Positions 58,315 through 64,000 of a stretch of 64,000 nt of DNA are shown one piece after another; position 1 is the first letter of the stretch; the number at the start of each line of letters is the position of its first letter. This DNA is from Bacteroidia bacterium (GTDB lineage Bacteria; Bacteroidota; Bacteroidia; Cytophagales; Cyclobacteriaceae): contig JANMYO010000048.1 of NCBI GenBank assembly GCA_031382175.1, positions 31,927 through 95,926 on the forward strand. The letters run 5' to 3'. The notes beneath the pieces were generated by a model. The model was given only the letters and a program-made list of their open reading frames with translations. It was not told the DNA's origin and did not search any database. The position numbers and the translations under genes are program-made.

Positions 58315-58854
58315 TTAATCTAAAAAGTCTTGCTCAGAATACTGAGTCTTAACAAGTTCATCTAATTTTTGTTTGCACTTATACTTCTTTGTTTTGGCGG
58401 TATCGGTATTAGCAAAACCCAATTTATCTGCTATTTCCTGCATCGACATTTCATCAAAATAATAGTACATAAGCACTTTTTTGCATGTTTCACCTAGCTG
58501 ATTCATGCATAGAGCGATAATCTTTTCACGTTCCGGACTATCCATATCGATAGACACTGCGTTGTCTTTTTCTTCACTCGAAAGTCGTTTCTTTCGATCC
58601 AGCTCTTTTCTCCACAGATTTTGACAAATGCTGTAGACATAGGTACTTATTTTCGAGGTCAGAACCAGATTTCCCGATCGTGCTTTCTGCCAAAAAACCA
58701 CCAGGGCATCCTGATAAACATCTCTGGCTTCATCCTCAGTTCCACTATTCGTGATCACCAGCTTGATCATCATCCGATAGTACTTTTTATAAATGAATTC
58801 CAAAGCTTTTTCGTCTCCCTTCTGGATCCGTTCAAAAATCTCTTTTTCGTTCAT
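58315..58854 (-). CDS. RNA polymerase sigma factor, sigma-70/ECF-like
   Basis: The region 2 segment is DVYQDALVVFW and the region 4 HTH is MSMQEIADKLGF. The start is set at the ATG at 58854. Confidence 0.8.
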   Translation of the reverse strand: MNEKEIFERIQKGDEKALEFIYKKYYRMMIKLVITNSGTEDEARDVYQDALVVFWQKARSGNLVLTSKISTYVYSICQNLWRKELDRKKRLSSEEKDNAVSIDMDSPEREKIIALCMNQLGETCKKVLMYYYFDEMSMQEIADKLGFANTDTAKTKKYKCKQKLDELVKTQYSEQDFLD

Positions 58855-58974
58855 TTCTGCGCTTAACTTGAATACTCGTATCGCCACGGATGGTAACCTT
58901 TAGGTAAGGTGAAGGGAGTTTATAGGGAGGTAAAGATCACTATTTTTCGATAATTGGTTATTATGACCCGATAG

Positions 58975-59406
58975 CTAAATAACTTTTAGCCAGGTTTGAG
59001 TCCGATAGAACGGGCCTATGTAGCCCCTCACTTTGAGTTTGCCAGCCTCAAGCCAAACTTTGCACCGGTATACCTTCCCAACTTCTGGATCGAGGATACT
59101 TCCACCGCTGTACTCATCATCATCTTTTGCCATTTCCTTAATTATCTCCATTCCAATGATTTTTTTATTGAATCGCGCATCTTCAGGACTACACTTGTCA
59201 CAAATGGGATCAGGGTCTTCTTCCGGCTTGGGAAATAGCTTGATGATCTTTCCATATATTTTTCCCTCTCGTTCTATGATTTCCACGATAGACCTTGGGT
59301 CCCCTGTATTATCATCAACTGATTTCCATTTGCCAACAATGCTACTTTGAGCAGAGGCTACGGCAGAAACGCAAGATACCACCAGGATAATCACGTTGAT
59401 TTTCAT
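58975..59406 (-). CDS. DUF2147 domain-containing secreted protein
   Basis: It has a signal peptide. The GKWKSVDDNTG....I and GGSILDPEVGKVYRCKVWL......VRGY pattern is present. Confidence 0.7.
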   Translation of the reverse strand: MKINVIILVVSCVSAVASAQSSIVGKWKSVDDNTGDPRSIVEIIEREGKIYGKIIKLFPKPEEDPDPICDKCSPEDARFNKKIIGMEIIKEMAKDDDEYSGGSILDPEVGKVYRCKVWLEAGKLKVRGYIGPFYRTQTWLKVI

Positions 59407-59420
59407 TTACTAAAAATAGC

Positions 59421-59448
59421 AAAAAAAAAGCCATGCTATCCGCATGAC
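59421..59448 (-). terminator. Rho-independent terminator after hppA
   Basis: On the minus strand, a 7-bp stem (gtcatgc ggata gcatggc, one G-U pair) is followed by T9. Confidence 0.65.
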
Positions 59449-59470
59449 TTTTCCAGTTGGGTGAGTCTGG

Positions 59471-61762
59471 TTATTTTACTTCAGTTGTGGTCAATGTGCT
59501 CACTACTTCAACTTTAGTTTTTATTTCTTCCTTCTTCATAGAGGCAGAAGGTTGGTCAGGCACCAAAAGTGGCGCAATAACCAAGGCCACCACTGACATC
59601 AGTTTTAATAAGATATTTAACGATGGACCTGAAGTGTCTTTGAATGGATCTCCTACGGTATCTCCAACAACGGCAGCCTTGTGTGGCTCTGATTTTTTGT
59701 AATACATCTTACCGTTGATCTCTACACCTTCTTCAAAGCTCTTCTTGGCATTGTCCCACGCCCCACCGGCATTAGATTGGAAGATAGCCATCAGTACGCC
59801 TGTTACGGTGACACCGGCAAGCAATCCACCGAGCGCTTCAACACCCAATCCAGGCATAAATGCTACGGCAACAGGAACCACTACGGCCATCACACCAGGG
59901 AGAACCATTTCCCTTAAAGCCGCTTTAGTTGAAATTTCAACGCACTTACCATACTCGGCTGAGCCATCGGCATCATGGAAGGTTTTTTGTTCATCGGATG
60001 ACCATTCACTAACAGGCTTGTCACCATTTTTTTTCATTAACGCAAGCGCTGCTTTTAATTTAGGTATGTCGTTGAATTGCCTTCTTACTTCTTCAATCAT
60101 AGCCATTGCTGCGCGACCAACAGCACCCATGGCAAGAGCTGAGAATACAAATGGCAGCATACCTCCAATGAATAAGCCAGCCATTACGTTTGCTTTAGAA
60201 ACGTCAATCGTGCTGATCTTTGCAGTGGTCATGAAAGCACCAAATAAAGCAAGAGCAGTAAGTGCTGCTGATGCGATTGCAAAACCTTTTCCAATGGCTG
60301 CGGTGGTATTACCAACCGCGTCCAATTTATCCGTGCGTTGACGAACTTCTTTAGGAAGGTCAGACATCTCAGCAATACCACCGGCATTGTCGGAAATTGG
60401 TCCATAAGCATCAACTGCAAGTTGGATACCGAGATTTGATAACATACCTACAGCAGCAATAGCAATACCATAAAGACCTCCATAATGGAAAGCGCCAATG
60501 ATAGAAGCCGCAATGATCAGGATAGGCCACATGGTCGACATCATGCCAACGCCAAGGCCCGCAATAATATTGGTAGCGGCACCCGTTGAAGATTGCCTAA
60601 CGATTGAAAGTACAGGCTTCTTGCCCATGGCGGTATAGTATTCAGTAATCAAACCAATCGCCACACCGGCAACCAAACCGATTACCGTGGCGATGAAAAT
60701 ACCAGTTGAGGTATAATGATTTCCCAGCTCCGGATCGGCCCAAGCGTAAAGTGGATCCTGAAACCACCACTCAGCCGGCAGCATCCACTTGATAATAAAC
60801 CATGAAGCAGCAATCATGATAACGGAGGAAACAATTTCTCCCATGTTCAACGCGGTCTGAGGATTTCCACCTTCTTTAACTTTTACAAAAAATGTTCCTA
60901 AGAATGACATTACAATACCAACGCCTGCAAGCACAAGCGGAAGGAGTACAGCAGAAAGTCCATCAAAATTATCGCTGAAGCCCGGCACCATAAAGGCAGC
61001 ACCAAGTACCATCGTACCTACGATAGAACCCACATAGGATTCAAATAAATCAGCACCCATACCGGCCACATCGCCCACGTTGTCACCAACGTTATCTGCA
61101 ATAGTTGCAGGATTCAAAGGGTGATCTTCAGGAATACCGGCTTCAACTTTACCGACTAAGTCAGCACCAACATCTGCCGCCTTGGTGTAGATACCACCAC
61201 CGACACGAGCAAACAACGCGATAGATGAAGCACCAAATGAAAATCCGGTAATAATGGTGATCACTTGATTTAGGCCGGCCTGAGTATCAACACCATAAAT
61301 TTTTGAATAGATAATGAAGAGTACGCTAAGACCTAATACACCAATGCCTACCACACCCATACCCATTACAGATCCACCAACGAAGGCAACTTCTAGCGCT
61401 TTGCCAAGACTTGTTCTTGCTGCGTTTGTTGTTCTCACGTTTGCTTTGGTGGCCACACGCATTCCTATGAATCCCGCAAGAGCTGAACAGAATGCTCCAA
61501 GCGCAAATGAAACGCCTACCATCGGAGAAGAGGTTTCGCTATTGGCAGTGACTGCGAGTAAAGTTGCAACACAGACTACGAAGATCGCTAGAACTTTATA
61601 CTCCGCTTTCAAAAAGGCCATAGCTCCTTCGGCTATGTGGCCTGCAATTTTTTTCATTTTGTCCGTGCCGGCATCTTGCTTTGCTACCCAAGCACTTTTC
61701 CAAACGACATACAACAGCCCCATAACTCCGAACAGGGGTAAAACATACAGTAAATTTTGCAT
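59471..61762 (-). CDS. hppA: Membrane-bound proton/sodium-translocating pyrophosphatase
   Basis: [39 protein letters not shown] and [16 protein letters not shown] motifs are present, with about 16 TM helices. Confidence 0.95.
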   Translation of the reverse strand: MQNLLYVLPLFGVMGLLYVVWKSAWVAKQDAGTDKMKKIAGHIAEGAMAFLKAEYKVLAIFVVCVATLLAVTANSETSSPMVGVSFALGAFCSALAGFIGMRVATKANVRTTNAARTSLGKALEVAFVGGSVMGMGVVGIGVLGLSVLFIIYSKIYGVDTQAGLNQVITIITGFSFGASSIALFARVGGGIYTKAADVGADLVGKVEAGIPEDHPLNPATIADNVGDNVGDVAGMGADLFESYVGSIVGTMVLGAAFMVPGFSDNFDGLSAVLLPLVLAGVGIVMSFLGTFFVKVKEGGNPQTALNMGEIVSSVIMIAASWFIIKWMLPAEWWFQDPLYAWADPELGNHYTSTGIFIATVIGLVAGVAIGLITEYYTAMGKKPVLSIVRQSSTGAATNIIAGLGVGMMSTMWPILIIAASIIGAFHYGGLYGIAIAAVGMLSNLGIQLAVDAYGPISDNAGGIAEMSDLPKEVRQRTDKLDAVGNTTAAIGKGFAIASAALTALALFGAFMTTAKISTIDVSKANVMAGLFIGGMLPFVFSALAMGAVGRAAMAMIEEVRRQFNDIPKLKAALALMKKNGDKPVSEWSSDEQKTFHDADGSAEYGKCVEISTKAALREMVLPGVMAVVVPVAVAFMPGLGVEALGGLLAGVTVTGVLMAIFQSNAGGAWDNAKKSFEEGVEINGKMYYKKSEPHKAAVVGDTVGDPFKDTSGPSLNILLKLMSVVALVIAPLLVPDQPSASMKKEEIKTKVEVVSTLTTTEVK

Positions 61763-61878
61763 ACAGGTTAAATAGGTTTATGATTCAAAAAAATCCCGCA
61801 AAAGAGGGATGAGGCTTAAAAAAGCTCCGCAAAGATAGAAGAAGCGATAATATTTTAAAATATGAGGAAAATGGGGAT

Positions 61879-62280
61879 TTAAGCTGAAAAAAGCTGTTTT
61901 AGAGCAGTCCACAGTTTTTGACGGGAGCCTTCATTAGCGATCAGCTCCAATAAACTTTCTGATAGCACCATTTTAGTGGATTCTGTCTCAATTAGCTCAA
62001 AGTAATTCAATCCTTTGATGGCTGGACCAAAGTAGATCAGTCTTTGAGGTTTTTCGAGCCAAGCGCTAAGATCAAGTGCAGGTGTATAAACAACTTGAAA
62101 TGCATCAAGATTTAACGTTGAGCTAATTCTCTGACGCAGCGCTTCGGTTATTTTTGTCAACTGCTCCTTTTCAGCTTCACTCAATTCGCCCCAAGGTTTG
62201 GTAATTATGACTTGAGTCTTTGGAGGCAGCTGATAAAGATCTTCTGTGTAGAGGCTTTCAAAAATAAGATTCTCGCTCAT
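61879..62280 (-). CDS. Hypothetical protein (133 aa)
   Basis: It overlaps the upstream thioesterase gene by 4 nt. No motif recognised. Confidence 0.5.
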   Translation of the reverse strand: MSENLIFESLYTEDLYQLPPKTQVIITKPWGELSEAEKEQLTKITEALRQRISSTLNLDAFQVVYTPALDLSAWLEKPQRLIYFGPAIKGLNYFELIETESTKMVLSESLLELIANEGSRQKLWTALKQLFSA

Positions 62281-62816
62281 TGGCTGTCCTTAATATCAAA
62301 GATGGACTTTAGCTCATGGGCCTCATTAGGATTCATTCTTCCTGAAAGAATTAAACGAAGTTGCCTTCTCCGTAAGGCGCCATTATAGAGTTCTTTCTCT
62401 TCATCCGTCTCGGGAACTACCTCAGGCACTTCTACCGGATTGCCATTTTTATCAACGGCCACGAAGGTAAAGTAGGCTGAATTGCTCGGCATTTTTTTCC
62501 CTTCTGGAATATTCTCCGCCTCAACATCAATTCTAATTTCAACGGATGAGTTGAATGATCTTGTCACTTTTGCCCTCAACGTGACAACATTCCCCAGTTG
62601 GATGGGGGAGCGAAATGAAATATTATCTACGGATGCTGTTACCACTATGCTATTACAATGCTTTTGGCCTGCAATGGCAGAAACAACATCCATCCAATGC
62701 ATGAGTCTTCCCCCCATCAGGTTATTGAGTGTATTGGTGTCGTTCGGCAATACCAGTTCAGTCATGCTGACGAAGGACTCTCGTGGGAATTTTTTCTTAC
62801 GGGCCATGGATTGCAA
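62277..62816 (-). CDS. Acyl-CoA thioesterase (hotdog fold, YciA-like)
   Basis: LVLPNDTNTLNNLMGGRLMHWMD and SVDNISFRSP are typical of YciA/Acot-type hotdog thioesterases. Confidence 0.8.
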   Translation of the reverse strand: MQSMARKKKFPRESFVSMTELVLPNDTNTLNNLMGGRLMHWMDVVSAIAGQKHCNSIVVTASVDNISFRSPIQLGNVVTLRAKVTRSFNSSVEIRIDVEAENIPEGKKMPSNSAYFTFVAVDKNGNPVEVPEVVPETDEEKELYNGALRRRQLRLILSGRMNPNEAHELKSIFDIKDSQ

Positions 62817-62921
62817 TCGTTATAGGTTCACTACTACGTGTTAGCTTTTGTTGAGCTCACAAAAATCATTAAAAATCTTTGCAATCCGAGAAGCTAATTG
62901 ATTAATTAGCACAAATAAACT

Positions 62922-63014
62922 ATGCAAGCCAATCAAAATATCGCAAAAGGTGCTTTCACATTGAAGATGAATGCCTTTGCCTGCACTATTATTGCCACCA
63001 CTATTACGGGGTAG
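62922..63014 (+). promoter_or_regulatory. Candidate Thr/Ile-rich leader peptide upstream of the aspartokinase gene
   Basis: The 30-codon ORF ends ...CTIIATTITG-stop, with 4 Thr and 3 Ile in the 8 codons TIIATTIT (residues 22-29). An alternative 15-codon version starts at 62967. A T8 run lies at 63050-63057. I could not find a convincing terminator stem. Confidence 0.35.
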
Positions 63015-63124
63015 CTCCCTACAGACTTTAATCCCGCTAAGACTGCTCATTTTTTTTCAACTAAGCCGAAGCAATTCTGGTTTGGTAGAGCAGAACGTAT
63101 TTCTCTCGCTCAATTTAACTACAA

Positions 63125-64000
63125 ATGAAAATTTTAAAATTTGGCGGCTCATCAGTAGCCACACCGGAACGGATAAAATCGGTAATAGAAATTATTAAAT
63201 CACTGGAAGGTAAGCCTTCAGTGACGATTGTTTTTTCTGCTTTTGGTGGCGTGACAGATATTTTGATTGAGCTTAGCAATGAAGCGCTGTCAGGAAATCA
63301 AGAGTATAAGAAAAAACTAACTGACCTTGAAACTCGGCATCTGGAAGCGGTAAGGGGCCTCATTAGTATTCATCATCAAAGTAGTATACTGGCGCAAGTT
63401 AAGTTCATGATTAACGAACTTGAGGATATCCTTCACGGAGTTTTTTTAGTGAAAGAGCGAACACCACGTACACTGGATTACATCATGAGCTTTGGTGAAC
63501 GTCTTTCAGCTTATATCATCGCAGAAGCTTTTCAGGAGGCGGCAATACCTTCTGAATTTTTGGATGCACGTCACGTAGTTCGCACAGATAATAATTTTGG
63601 GTTCGCTAAAGTAGATTTTGAAGTCACCAATAAATTAATACGTGATCATTTCAGCCATCATCAGGAGTTGCAAATTATTACCGGTTTTATTGGAACTTCC
63701 ATTACCGGAGAAACAACTACTCTTGGTAGAAGTGGTTCAGATTATACCGCTGCTATTTTTGCAGGCGCGCTGAAAGTTTCCAGCCTGGAGATATGGACGG
63801 ATGTAGATGGCATGATGACAGCAGACCCCCGCAAAGTAAGAAAAGCATTTACCGTCAAGGAGATGACGTATGAGGAAGCGATGGAGCTTTCGCATTTTGG
63901 GGCAAAAGTTATTTTTCCCTCTACGATGCAGCCTGCCATGGTCAACAAAATCCCTATCTGGATTAAAAACACGTTCAATCCTTCTTTTGCAGGAACATTG
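63125..64000 (+). CDS. thrA: Aspartate kinase (probably the N-terminal part of a bifunctional aspartokinase/homoserine dehydrogenase), 3-prime partial
   Basis: The frame is open from the ATG at 63125 to the window end. It is not in the ORF track because no stop is reached. MKILKFGGSSVATPE, LGRSGSDYTAA and IWTDVDGMMTADPR are amino-acid-kinase motifs. Confidence 0.85.
   Translation, partial: MKILKFGGSSVATPERIKSVIEIIKSLEGKPSVTIVFSAFGGVTDILIELSNEALSGNQEYKKKLTDLETRHLEAVRGLISIHHQSSILAQVKFMINELEDILHGVFLVKERTPRTLDYIMSFGERLSAYIIAEAFQEAAIPSEFLDARHVVRTDNNFGFAKVDFEVTNKLIRDHFSHHQELQIITGFIGTSITGETTTLGRSGSDYTAAIFAGALKVSSLEIWTDVDGMMTADPRKVRKAFTVKEMTYEEAMELSHFGAKVIFPSTMQPAMVNKIPIWIKNTFNPSFAGTL

Noticed and set aside
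59715-61775. 208-aa and 153-aa plus-strand ORFs
   Set aside because: They are antisense shadows of the pyrophosphatase gene. Their Ala/Thr/Pro-rich composition is typical of the reverse frame of a membrane protein gene.
63015-63057. Intrinsic terminator completing a classical thr attenuator
   Set aside because: A T8 run exists, but I could not find a G+C-rich stem immediately upstream. The attenuator is therefore reported only as a candidate leader peptide.

Overview
A 64-kb chromosomal segment from a member of the Bacteroidota. The evidence is GldC, a T9SS C-terminal sorting domain, exosortase F, a TonB-dependent receptor with a carboxypeptidase-regulatory-like N-terminus, and TAnnTTTG-type promoter boxes. 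The overall look is Cytophagia-like, but I cannot name the organism. The sequence is AT-rich and densely coding.

From about 14 kb to 64 kb the content is mostly housekeeping:
- Central metabolism and translation: sucC, a lolD-like ABC ATPase, mtaB, a phospho-sugar mutase, hppD, trpS, wecB.
- Aromatic and lysine/tryptophan catabolism: a glutaryl-CoA-dehydrogenase-like ACAD and tryptophan 2,3-dioxygenase.
- Polyphosphate genes around gyrB: ppk2, gyrB, ppk1, ppx.
- A SAM-I riboswitch controlling a split metH plus metF.
- An SGNH lipoprotein with a TonB-dependent receptor, then gldC and scoA/scoB.
- ribF, truB, uppP, ftsX, a sigma/anti-sigma pair, the H+/Na+ pyrophosphatase, and the 5-prime part of an aspartokinase gene.

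The first 14 kb is accessory. It holds the right end of an IS3-family element, a G+C-rich orphan gene, and a cluster of intergenic palindromes and word repeats. It also holds a tightly coupled operon in which a PglC/PglD/PglE/PglF-type amino-sugar pathway is interleaved with the exosortase F pair (xrtF plus its partner), a 2033-aa T9SS adhesin, and a 63-aa protein consisting only of a signal peptide and a PEP-CTERM-like tail.

Observations I rate highest:
1. The mini-protein is a candidate cognate substrate for exosortase F.
2. Two four-helix-bundle genes (23S rRNA IVS-protein / Avd family) are inserted inside operons. One separates the two metH modules. The other sits between scoA and scoB and is bracketed by a perfect 18-bp inverted repeat. 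A 15-nt core of that repeat recurs as a solo copy near 1.96 kb. All these sites are associated with phase-locked 7-8 nt word arrays.
3. Gene 3-prime ends are duplicated. The hppD end occurs in tandem and the metF end occurs three times around small cassettes. Their divergence is mostly synonymous.

No rRNA, tRNA or CRISPR array was seen. All functional calls rest on motif-level recognition of the translated ORFs. No database search was run.
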